From Calditrichota bacterium (GTDB lineage Bacteria; Zhuqueibacterota; Zhuqueibacteria; Residuimicrobiales; Krinioviventaceae), in contig RPQV01000003.1 of NCBI GenBank assembly GCA_003818595.1, forward strand, positions 1 to 34,902: a stretch of 34,902 nt of DNA, in the 5' to 3' direction. Numbering within the stretch: the stretch's first letter is position 1; every line of letters begins with the position of its first letter. Under the pieces are notes generated by a model. The model saw only the letters and a program-made list of their open reading frames with translations. It had not been told where the DNA came from and ran no database searches. Below are positions 26,210 to 34,318 of this stretch, piece after piece. Position numbers and translations under genes: made by a program.

Positions 26210-27118
26210 TTACCAATTCAAATCAAAAGCTTGGATACGGTGATTATTGGTATCAACCACAAAAAGCTGATGATTAAAAACCGCCACATCAGACGGTTCG
26301 CTGAAAGCACCCAGTTTAGCACCGGAAGAACCAAAATTGAAATAAAGATCTCCAGAGGCGTCAAAACAAAAGATTTGATCGAGGCCCGCGTCAGCGACAA
26401 AAAGCCGCTGAGCCGAATCAATGAATAAGCCTTTAGGTTTTTTCAATTGATTCAGTCCAATGTCGCGAATGTAATTGCCGAAATAGTCATAAACCAGCAC
26501 TTTCCCGGCAGCCGAATCAGATACATATATAAAATCATGAGAGTCACAAAAAATCGAAAAGGCTTCACGGATGGTTCCGCTTCCCCAGTCAAAATCACCA
26601 AAACTTAATTCAGGTTGAAAGCTGGAATTGAGTTTGACGATTTTATCGTGTTCTGCGTCAGCAATCATAAAGTCACCATGAATGCTGATAAAGAGAGAGC
26701 GCGGGAAGAAAAACTGATATCGTTCATCCCAGGAAATATCAGAACGATAACTGGACAGCCAATTCAGGTCTTTATCGTAGCGTTCGATGCGGTTGTTTTC
26801 ATAGTCGGCCACGAAAACATCGAGAGAATTATAAACGAAAACATCAGCGGGATAATGAAATTGGCCTTGACCCCAACCAAAGCCGCCGATGAAGGCGACC
26901 AGTTCTCCTTTGTTGGTGAATTTTTGCAGGCGATTATTACCTTGATCAGCAATATATAGATTTCCCTGGGCGTCGGCTGATAATGCCGTCGGAGCAATGA
27001 ACTGCCCGGGTTTGCCGCCTTCCTCGCCGAACGAAAAGCTGAATCGGGGAATTATAACGTCCTGAGCTAAAGAAAATGAATTATAAAAGAAACAGAAGAG
27101 CCATAATAAACGTTTCAT
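26210..27118 (-). CDS. NHL-repeat six-bladed beta-propeller protein, secreted
   Basis: The ATG at 27118 gives the signal peptide MKRLLWLFCFFYNSFSLAQD. Repeated blade motifs: GNNRLQKF, ENNRIERY, EHDKIVKL, AGKVLVY, LDQIFCF and NNHRIQAF. Confidence 0.8.
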   Translation of the reverse strand: MKRLLWLFCFFYNSFSLAQDVIIPRFSFSFGEEGGKPGQFIAPTALSADAQGNLYIADQGNNRLQKFTNKGELVAFIGGFGWGQGQFHYPADVFVYNSLDVFVADYENNRIERYDKDLNWLSSYRSDISWDERYQFFFPRSLFISIHGDFMIADAEHDKIVKLNSSFQPELSFGDFDWGSGTIREAFSIFCDSHDFIYVSDSAAGKVLVYDYFGNYIRDIGLNQLKKPKGLFIDSAQRLFVADAGLDQIFCFDASGDLYFNFGSSGAKLGAFSEPSDVAVFNHQLFVVDTNNHRIQAFDLNW

Positions 27119-27169
27119 GGTTATCAACCTTTTGAAAGAAGATGCAATGCAGGGGGAGAGCGGCTCCCA

Positions 27170-27661
27170 TCATCTTCTTCTGCTTTTCAACATTATGCGT
27201 TCATCAGGATAAACGACCCTATGGTAGCTGCGGTTCATATTTTTGCATTTTCGCCAACGTTCATATGCTTCGATCACGTCATTATCGTTTCGGGATAACT
27301 CCTGGATGCGCAGGTTGGACAATTTTAATCCATTCGAAGCTTTTTCATCCATAAGGATACGGTCCAAGAGAAAAAATTGGCGCGGTGAAAGATTTGCCTT
27401 GATGAATGTATTGTTATTAGGATCAGTGTCGTAAAAATAATCCATTTGTGTATTTTGGGAACGAAAACAGTAATTACGCACAAATTTTTTCACTTCGGCC
27501 CGCTTATAGAATGTGAATGCAGCCAGCGCGAGTAGAACCAGATAGAGCATGAAATTTTGAGGCTTATTCTTTAGAAATTTGCTAACATAATAGAGGATCA
27601 CCACAAAGACAGCAGCAAGAAGAATGAAGCATGTAGGATTGAGTGATTTCAACATTGACAT
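27170..27661 (-). CDS. Hypothetical 2-TM membrane protein with cytoplasmic C-terminal domain
   Basis: The track ORF is 27170..27733. The ATG at 27661 follows AGGTGG and removes the overlap with the divergent NlpC/P60 gene. Low GC, no recognised family. Confidence 0.5.
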   Translation of the reverse strand: MSMLKSLNPTCFILLAAVFVVILYYVSKFLKNKPQNFMLYLVLLALAAFTFYKRAEVKKFVRNYCFRSQNTQMDYFYDTDPNNNTFIKANLSPRQFFLLDRILMDEKASNGLKLSNLRIQELSRNDNDVIEAYERWRKCKNMNRSYHRVVYPDERIMLKSRRR

Positions 27662-27721
27662 ATTACCACCTGATCTATTGATGGAGTCATAATAAATTAC
27701 GTTCAAATTTACTGCAATTAT

Positions 27722-28261
27722 ATGAAAAAGCAAAAAAAAACTATTAATTCCAAAGTAATATTGAAATTAAAACAGTTTATCAAGCCGCTGTTATTTCTCT
27801 TTATTATTGTGCTGTTTCCGATTTTAAATTGTTCCTATTACGTTGTTCAGCAAAAGCCGGAGAGTATACTATACTCTGACCATTTATCAGCAGTGGAAAC
27901 AGAGAAATTAAAAGCGGAAATTGTCAAATATTACAAGACTCCCTATGTTTGGGGAGGAAATAGCTTTGGCGGTATCGATTGCTCAGGATTGGTATCGGTT
28001 ATTTATCAACAGGCCCTCGGCGTCGACTTGCCGCATAATGTTTTAGAGATTTATCGAATGACAAAACCAATTTCGATGAATAAAGCGCAATTTGGTGATT
28101 TTGTATTTTATGGACGAGGAAAACCCTCGCATGTGGGTATTTATATTATCGACGGCTATTTCATTCACGCAACAACAACCCGTGGTGTAATTTTATCCAA
28201 AATGTCCGAGAAATATTATCGACGTCAATTTATGGGTGTTCATAGACTAATTAGATACTAA
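27722..28261 (+). CDS. NlpC/P60 (C40) family cell-wall peptidase
   Basis: N-terminal hydrophobic anchor. YVWGGNSFGGIDCSGLVSVIY carries the catalytic Cys, PSHVGIYI the His, and FIHAT follows. Confidence 0.85.
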   Translation: MKKQKKTINSKVILKLKQFIKPLLFLFIIVLFPILNCSYYVVQQKPESILYSDHLSAVETEKLKAEIVKYYKTPYVWGGNSFGGIDCSGLVSVIYQQALGVDLPHNVLEIYRMTKPISMNKAQFGDFVFYGRGKPSHVGIYIIDGYFIHATTTRGVILSKMSEKYYRRQFMGVHRLIRY

Positions 28262-28308
28262 ATATTGATAACATTTTACTTACATGATCAATCGAAACGT
28301 AAAAGAGC

Positions 28309-28337
28309 TTGATTTTCATCGTTAAAATATTTAAATT
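28309..28337 (+). promoter_or_regulatory. Candidate sigma70-type promoter for rpmH (TTGATT-N17-TAAATT)
   Basis: Read directly, ~35 nt upstream of the rpmH ATG. The background is AT-rich, so the false-positive risk is high. Confidence 0.3.
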
Positions 28338-28371
28338 TTTGATCTTTAAAACAATAATACGGAGAATGATA

Positions 28372-28515
28372 ATGAAAAGAACATTTCAACCCAGCAAGAG
28401 AAAACGCGTCAACAAGCATGGTTTTCGCGAAAGGATGGCTACAAAAAATGGACGGATGGTGTTAAAACGCCGCCGCGCCAAAGGACGAAAGAAATTATCT
28501 GTAAGCGATGAATAA
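28372..28515 (+). CDS. rpmH: 50S ribosomal protein L34
   Basis: [44 protein letters not shown] is the near-universal L34 sequence. GGAG lies 7 nt upstream of the ATG at 28372. The track ORF starts further upstream at a TTG (28309). Confidence 0.95.
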   Translation: MKRTFQPSKRKRVNKHGFRERMATKNGRMVLKRRRAKGRKKLSVSDE

Positions 28516-28521
28516 ATTAGA

Positions 28522-28869
28522 TTGAGTCCATACAATCTACCCAAAAAAATCATTCTTAAAACGAATATTGAATTTAGTGACACTATTCATCACGGAAGGT
28601 GTTTCAGGAATGACTATTTTACGATCTTCTGTTCGCGTGCAGACGAGTTGAGAATTGGATTCACAGTCAAAAATGATATCGCCTCAAAACCCCAACGAAA
28701 CTTTTTAAAACGAAGAATGCGCGAAATTTTCAGATTGTGTTTTCGAAACTATCGTCTGCCGGCAGAAATCGTGATGATCGCCCAAAGATCGGTTGAAACG
28801 GCCGATTTTACGCAATTGGAGCAGACCCTAAACCATACCTTGAACCAAATCGAAAAATGGTTAAATTGA
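28522..28869 (+). CDS. rnpA: Ribonuclease P protein component
   Basis: 115 aa, basic, immediately after rpmH. LPKKIILKTNIEFSDTIHHGRCFRNDYFTIF matches the RnpA N-terminal pattern (LxKxxRLxxxxxFxxV...). TTG start. Confidence 0.8.
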   Translation: MSPYNLPKKIILKTNIEFSDTIHHGRCFRNDYFTIFCSRADELRIGFTVKNDIASKPQRNFLKRRMREIFRLCFRNYRLPAEIVMIAQRSVETADFTQLEQTLNHTLNQIEKWLN

Positions 28870-28889
28870 AATCAGAGTGACGGCATCAT

Positions 28890-29144
28890 TTGTTTTTTCA
28901 TAAAGCAAAACAAACCATTCAACTGGCTGATCACACTATCGGAAAGATATTGATCGTATTCGTACGATTCTATCAACTCGTTCTTTCCCCACTATTTGCA
29001 AAATCATGTCGTTTTCATCCCTCTTGTTCAGCCTATTGCATCCAGGCCATAACGAAATACGGGGCGCTGAAAGGATTGCTCAAGGCGGGATGGAGAATTC
29101 TCAGATGTAATCCTCTTTCACCCGGAGGCTATGACCCTGTTTAA
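28890..29144 (+). CDS. yidD: Membrane protein insertion efficiency factor YidD
   Basis: [58 protein letters not shown] is the canonical YidD core. The TTG start is uncertain. Confidence 0.85.
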   Translation: MFFHKAKQTIQLADHTIGKILIVFVRFYQLVLSPLFAKSCRFHPSCSAYCIQAITKYGALKGLLKAGWRILRCNPLSPGGYDPV

Positions 29145-29158
29145 AAAAAGAGATATTT

Positions 29159-30931
29159 ATGGATTTTGACAAAAGGACCATCTTTGCTTTTGTACTCATT
29201 GGATTGATTCTCATTCTGATCAATACCGGATTTTATCAAAAAATAGTCGATCCGAAAGGATACGAACAGCGACAACTGCAACGCACGCAAAGAGTGGAGC
29301 AAGGCGCTGTTGAACCGCGCGGACCGGCGATCCAACCCCGGGAATCCTCTCCTGCCATAGAGAATAGTGACCAAGATTTTAGCCCGGTCAAAAAGACTCC
29401 TGGTATCGAGGTTCCCGATTCACTGGGTGAGAAAAAGATCACTATCCAAACAAGCCTCTATAAAGCGACAATGACTTCCAAGGGCGCCACGATATTGCAG
29501 TGGAGTCTGCTCAACTATCTTGGCACCGACAAAGAACCGGTAGAATTATTTACCGAGAATTCCTACAACAATCTCGTTGTCGGATTCAATACCAAAGCCG
29601 GCGACAGCCTGACCACCGGGGATTATCATTTTATGGTCGACTCTCCTGAAGAGATCAAATTGTCCGCTCAACAGGAATTTGTCCTCAAATTTACGCTTCC
29701 TTTGGGTGAAAATCGTGAGATTGAAAAAATATACACCTTTCGTGATGGAACCTATGACGTTTCTCTGTTAATTAATTTCAAAAATCTCAATCAGTTAATC
29801 GATGATAAGCAATATTATCTGCTCGCTCCAAACGGCCTTGCCTCAACTGAAAAGAACATGAAAGACGAAATGACCTATACCAAAGCCGGAACGTCTGCAG
29901 GCGGTGAGACCAAAAAAGATTACAAGGCTGATGACAAGGCGAAAAAAGTGGCTGCCGACTTGGACTGGGTTGCGGTAAGAAACAAGTACTTTGCCTTTTA
30001 TATTTTACCCAGAAATCGAAACAGCCAATATGCCGAAATATTAGGTACGCAAATTGCGCAAAACCGCACCGATAAAGTGAAATGGAAAAAATACAGCCTC
30101 AAACTGGCCATGCCCTTTTTGGGTGAAAGCAATGTCAAGGATGAATACACCCTCTTTATTGGACCCATGGAATATGGACTGCTCAAATCCTATAAAAAGG
30201 ATATGCAGGATTTTTTGGATATGGGTGCAAAAATTATTAAACCCTTCAGCATCGCTATTTTGATTACCTTCAAATGGATGCATACCTTCATTTCCAATTA
30301 TGGCGTGATCCTGCTGATCTTCTCTTTGCTCATCAAGGTTTTAACCTACCCGCTCACATTGAAGAGCTATGAATCGATGCAGAAAATGCAGACGCTGCAG
30401 CCTAAATTGAAGGAACTGCAGGATAAGTATCGCAGCGATCCGCAAAAGCTCAACCAAATGACCATGACGCTCTATAAAGAGCAGGGCGTCAATCCCATGG
30501 GCGGCTGCCTGCCGATGCTGCTGCAGATGCCCCTGCTGTTTGGTTTGTTCATCGTCTTCAGAACAACCATTGATTTGCGCGGTCAGGGATTTATCTGGTG
30601 GATCAATGATCTTTCGGCGCCGGATACTATTTTCACCTTTCCGGGAAATTTTGCATTGCCCATTTACGGAAACACCGTCAATATTTTGCCGATTTTAATG
30701 GGCGTCACCATGTTCATTCAGCAAAAGATGTCGATCACTGATCCGAAACAGAAATTCATGATCTATTTTATGCCCATCTTTTTTACGCTCTTGTTCAATA
30801 GCTTTCCCTCGGGATTAAATCTATATTATGCTCTCTTTAACATTCTGTCGATTGTACAGCAAAAGTATTTGACGCCCAAGAAACCTGAAACGGCCCTGGC
30901 GACAACCAGCAAAAGAAAACGACGCATCTAG
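29159..30931 (+). CDS. yidC: Membrane protein insertase YidC
   Basis: 590 aa. N-terminal TM helix, large periplasmic domain, then the conserved C-terminal core (LLIKVLTYPLTLKSYESMQKMQ..LQPKLKELQDKY..., NPMGGCLPMLLQMPLLFGLF, GLNLYYALFNILSIVQQ). Confidence 0.9.
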   Translation: MDFDKRTIFAFVLIGLILILINTGFYQKIVDPKGYEQRQLQRTQRVEQGAVEPRGPAIQPRESSPAIENSDQDFSPVKKTPGIEVPDSLGEKKITIQTSLYKATMTSKGATILQWSLLNYLGTDKEPVELFTENSYNNLVVGFNTKAGDSLTTGDYHFMVDSPEEIKLSAQQEFVLKFTLPLGENREIEKIYTFRDGTYDVSLLINFKNLNQLIDDKQYYLLAPNGLASTEKNMKDEMTYTKAGTSAGGETKKDYKADDKAKKVAADLDWVAVRNKYFAFYILPRNRNSQYAEILGTQIAQNRTDKVKWKKYSLKLAMPFLGESNVKDEYTLFIGPMEYGLLKSYKKDMQDFLDMGAKIIKPFSIAILITFKWMHTFISNYGVILLIFSLLIKVLTYPLTLKSYESMQKMQTLQPKLKELQDKYRSDPQKLNQMTMTLYKEQGVNPMGGCLPMLLQMPLLFGLFIVFRTTIDLRGQGFIWWINDLSAPDTIFTFPGNFALPIYGNTVNILPILMGVTMFIQQKMSITDPKQKFMIYFMPIFFTLLFNSFPSGLNLYYALFNILSIVQQKYLTPKKPETALATTSKRKRRI

Positions 30932-30954
30932 TCTCGATTGACATGCAAACATCA

Positions 30955-30991
30955 CCCCGTCCGTTTTATAAAGCGGCGGGGTTTTTATTTT
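30955..30991 (+). terminator. Rho-independent terminator after yidC
   Basis: CCCCGTC (30955-30961) pairs with GGCGGGG (30975-30981), a 7-bp stem with one G-U pair, followed by TTTTTATTTT (30982-30991). Confidence 0.6.
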
Positions 30992-30996
30992 AAGGT

Positions 30997-32373
30997 ATGG
31001 AAACAGATACCATCACAGCCATAGCGACGCCTGCCGGAAAAGGGGCAATCTCCGTGATCAGAGTGAGCGGAGATCGAGCGTTTACGACGGTCGAAGATTT
31101 TTTTGACGGCAAAAAAGCTGTTCAAGACATGAAACCGAACAGCACCGCTGTCGGCCTGTTCAAGCCGGATAAATCGCAGTCGGCGTTCATCGATCAGGTC
31201 ATCCTCACCAAATATGTCAAACCCCGCTCCTATACCGGCGAAGACCTCATTGAGATCAGCTGCCACGGCAGTGTTTATATCGTACAGGAAATATTAAATC
31301 TTTTGCTGAGCGGAGGCATACGCCTGGCTGAAGCGGGAGAATTTACCAAACGAGCCTTCCTGAACGGCAAGATGGACTTGACTCAGGCGGAATCGGTCGC
31401 CGATATCATCAATGCTCAAACACAAAAGAGCCTGGAATATGCCCAGGCGCAGGCGAATGGAAGTCTGTACAGTGATCTGGCTGCTATCAGAGAGATATTG
31501 AAAAAGCACCTGATCATGCTGGAAATCGAACTCGACTTTTCCGATGAAGACGTGGAGAAGCAAGATCGATCGCAAATCATGGAGGGTCTGAACCGGCTGG
31601 AAGAGGAAATGAATCGCCTGGTCAGCACCTTTCATTTCGGCAAATTGATCAGAGAAGGCATGCATTTGGTTCTTACCGGTAAACCGAACGTTGGAAAATC
31701 GAGCATTTTAAATCGTTTCTTAAATGAAGATCGCGCCATTGTTTCTGAAATTCCTGGCACGACGCGGGACACCATCGAAGAGTCGCTGACCATTGACGGA
31801 TATCTGTTCAAAATATCCGACACTGCCGGCTTAAGGTCAAGCCAGGACCGGCTGGAGATCTCAGGTGTGGAAAGAACCAAGAAGCAAATCCAAATGGCGG
31901 ATTTCATTTTATTCGTCATTGATGGACATAAAAAATTGACCGTTGAGGACTATGAGAGCCTCTCCGCGGTTCGTCAATTAAGTCGGCATAAGAAAGCGCT
32001 GCTCATCAATAAGGCGGATTTAAAATCCGCCGATATTGATCCGGATTTTAAAACATCCTTCGACCGCTGCGTCGCGGTCTCGGCCAGGACGGGAATGGGT
32101 TTCGAAGCATTGCGTAAACTTTTGGTTGAAGAAATCGAGAACGATCAGGTTCAACATTCAGCGGTGATCAATCGAGTCCGACATCTCGATGTCTTGAAGA
32201 GGACGCAGCAATACATTGATCATGCGCGCGAATCTTTGACCAGGGGATTCAGTGCGGAATTCATCGCTTTCGACATCAGAGCCGCCCTCAATACCGTCGG
32301 AGAATTGATCGGCGAGGTTTCTTCCAACGATATTTTGAATGAAATCTTTTCCGCATTCTGCATTGGCAAGTGA
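30997..32373 (+). CDS. mnmE: tRNA modification GTPase MnmE (TrmE)
   Basis: TITAIATPAGKGAISVIRVSG. G-domain motifs GKPNVGKSS, DTAGLR and NKADL. C-terminal ...FCIGK tetrapeptide. Confidence 0.95.
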   Translation: METDTITAIATPAGKGAISVIRVSGDRAFTTVEDFFDGKKAVQDMKPNSTAVGLFKPDKSQSAFIDQVILTKYVKPRSYTGEDLIEISCHGSVYIVQEILNLLLSGGIRLAEAGEFTKRAFLNGKMDLTQAESVADIINAQTQKSLEYAQAQANGSLYSDLAAIREILKKHLIMLEIELDFSDEDVEKQDRSQIMEGLNRLEEEMNRLVSTFHFGKLIREGMHLVLTGKPNVGKSSILNRFLNEDRAIVSEIPGTTRDTIEESLTIDGYLFKISDTAGLRSSQDRLEISGVERTKKQIQMADFILFVIDGHKKLTVEDYESLSAVRQLSRHKKALLINKADLKSADIDPDFKTSFDRCVAVSARTGMGFEALRKLLVEEIENDQVQHSAVINRVRHLDVLKRTQQYIDHARESLTRGFSAEFIAFDIRAALNTVGELIGEVSSNDILNEIFSAFCIGK

Positions 32374-32374
32374 G

Positions 32375-32389
32375 TGTTTCACGTGGAAC
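32375..32389. promoter_or_regulatory. 15-nt CACGTG-centred near-palindrome TGTTTCACGTGGAAC, starting 2 nt after the mnmE stop
   Basis: Read directly. It is the exact reverse complement of 34298-34312. Confidence 0.4.
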
Positions 32390-32408
32390 GTATTGATTGA
32401 AGAACATC

Positions 32409-34295
32409 ATGGCTGAACAGTACGATATTATTGTCATCGGCGCAGGACATGCCGGGTGCGAAGCGGCTCTCGCTTCGGCCAGAATGGGTGCACAAACTCT
32501 GCTCATCACCATGAATATTTTCAATATTGCGCAAATGTCCTGCAATCCCGCAATCGGAGGTTTGGCCAAGGGGCATCTGGTCAAAGAGCTGGACGCTCTC
32601 GGCGGACAGATGGGGATTGTCGCCGATGACACGGGCATCCAATTCAGAGTTTTGAACAAATCAAAAGGAAGAGCCGTCTGGTCTCTGCGCTCGCAGAATG
32701 ACCGCATCGAATATTCACATCGCATGCGCAACATCATTGAACAGCAGCCGCGACTGGATATACGACAACATCATGTCAAAGGGCTGTTGATCGAAAATGA
32801 TCGGGCCGTCGGCATCGTTACCGAGGTGGATACCCAATTTCTCGCCCGCGCCGTCATCCTCACTGCAGGCACATTTTTGGACGGACTCATTCATGTGGGA
32901 TTGGTTCACTTTAGCGGCGGACGGGCCGGCGAAATGGCATCGATCGGCCCCAGCCGGCAGTTGAAAGAGTTGGGATTTCATGTCGGACGTTTAAAAACCG
33001 GGACACCTCCGCGTCTTGATGGACGCACCATTGATTTTTCGCAAATGGAGGAACAGCCGGGAGATCCTGAACCCGTTCCCTTTTCTCATCATCATGAAAC
33101 ATGTGATCAAGAGCAGATGCCGTGCTACCTCACCCGCACCTCGGAACAAACCCATGATCTGCTCCGTTCCGGACTCGACAGATCTCCACTCTATACCGGC
33201 ATTATCCAGGGAATAGGTCCGCGCTACTGCCCGTCAATTGAAGATAAAATTGTCCGTTTTGCTGATAAAACCGGCCATCAGATTTTTTTAGAACCCGAAG
33301 GAAAGTCCAGCAACGAATACTATGTGAACGGCTTTGCCACCAGCCTGCCGGAAGATGTCCAGATCAAGGCCATCCGCTCCATCCCCGGGCTCGAACGGGC
33401 AAAGCTGACGCGATTGGGCTATGCGATAGAATATGATTTCTTCCCCCCGTCACAGCTTTTCCCCACCCTGGAAACCAAACGGATTCAGAATCTCTATTTT
33501 GCCGGACAGATCAATGGAACGTCCGGCTATGAAGAAGCCGCCGCGCAGGGTTTTATGGCCGCCGTCAATGCGGTGCTGAAGATGAGAGGGGAGAACCCAT
33601 TCATCCTCAGCCGCTCTGAGGCCTATATCGGGGTTTTAATTGATGATCTGGTGACCAAAGAGCTGGAAGAGCCCTATCGCATGTTTACCTCCCGCGCTGA
33701 ACATCGATTGCTGCTCAGGCAGGACAATTGCGATATTCGCCTGATGAAATACGGCCGGCAACTGGGACTCATCCCTGAAGAGATGTATCAGGACCTCATC
33801 CGGCGTCAGCAGGCGATTGCGGAAACAAAAGAGATGTTAAAGAGGTTAAAGCCAAACCTTGATGATGTGAATCCAATCCTGATGAAGATTGGTGCGTCGC
33901 CGATCGAAAGCAGTGAAAGCATCGACAGGCTTTTAAAAAGACCCGAAGTTCAGCTGACCGATTTCGCCGGCATCTATGAACAGGAGATCTTTCAGCCTCA
34001 CTGCAGCCGCTTTGGCATCAAGGTGCGCGAACAAGTTGAAATTGATATTAAATATGAAGGCTTTTTCGTCCGTCAGAATGAACAGATTCTAAAAATGAAA
34101 CAGCTTGAGGAAATGAAAATTGACCCTGATTTCAACTATCAGGAGATTACAGCCATTTCAACCGAGGGACGCGAAAAACTGCAGCGATTTAGACCATTGA
34201 CTCTTGGCCAGGCGTCCCGAATCATGGGCGTCACCCCATCCGACATTTCCATCCTGATGATTATGTTGGGACGGGATAAACGCCTGAGGCTGTGA
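32409..34295 (+). CDS. mnmG: tRNA uridine 5-carboxymethylaminomethyl modification enzyme MnmG (GidA)
   Basis: MAEQYDIIVIGAGHAGCEAALA is the FAD GxGxxG motif. Also GGLAKGHLVKELDALGG and FAGQINGTSGYEEAAAQG. The track start 32397 is TTG; I prefer the ATG at 32409. Confidence 0.95.
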   Translation: MAEQYDIIVIGAGHAGCEAALASARMGAQTLLITMNIFNIAQMSCNPAIGGLAKGHLVKELDALGGQMGIVADDTGIQFRVLNKSKGRAVWSLRSQNDRIEYSHRMRNIIEQQPRLDIRQHHVKGLLIENDRAVGIVTEVDTQFLARAVILTAGTFLDGLIHVGLVHFSGGRAGEMASIGPSRQLKELGFHVGRLKTGTPPRLDGRTIDFSQMEEQPGDPEPVPFSHHHETCDQEQMPCYLTRTSEQTHDLLRSGLDRSPLYTGIIQGIGPRYCPSIEDKIVRFADKTGHQIFLEPEGKSSNEYYVNGFATSLPEDVQIKAIRSIPGLERAKLTRLGYAIEYDFFPPSQLFPTLETKRIQNLYFAGQINGTSGYEEAAAQGFMAAVNAVLKMRGENPFILSRSEAYIGVLIDDLVTKELEEPYRMFTSRAEHRLLLRQDNCDIRLMKYGRQLGLIPEEMYQDLIRRQQAIAETKEMLKRLKPNLDDVNPILMKIGASPIESSESIDRLLKRPEVQLTDFAGIYEQEIFQPHCSRFGIKVREQVEIDIKYEGFFVRQNEQILKMKQLEEMKIDPDFNYQEITAISTEGREKLQRFRPLTLGQASRIMGVTPSDISILMIMLGRDKRLRL

Positions 34296-34297
34296 AT

Positions 34298-34312
34298 GTT
34301 CCACGTGAAACA
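34298..34312. promoter_or_regulatory. Second, inverted copy of the 15-nt element (GTTCCACGTGAAACA), starting 3 nt after the mnmG stop
   Basis: Read directly; exact reverse complement of 32375-32389. It would lie inside rsmG if that gene used the alternative GTG start at 34292. Confidence 0.4.
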
Positions 34313-34318
34313 ATAGCC

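Noticed and set aside
27662-27721. Divergent 60-bp spacer as oriC
   Set aside because: It is too short and has no DnaA-box-like 9-mers within two mismatches that I could find. I kept it only as a strand-switch observation.
32288-32737. 149-aa and 87-aa minus-strand ORFs across the mnmE/mnmG junction
   Set aside because: They are antisense to two of the most confidently identified genes in the window and have no motif.
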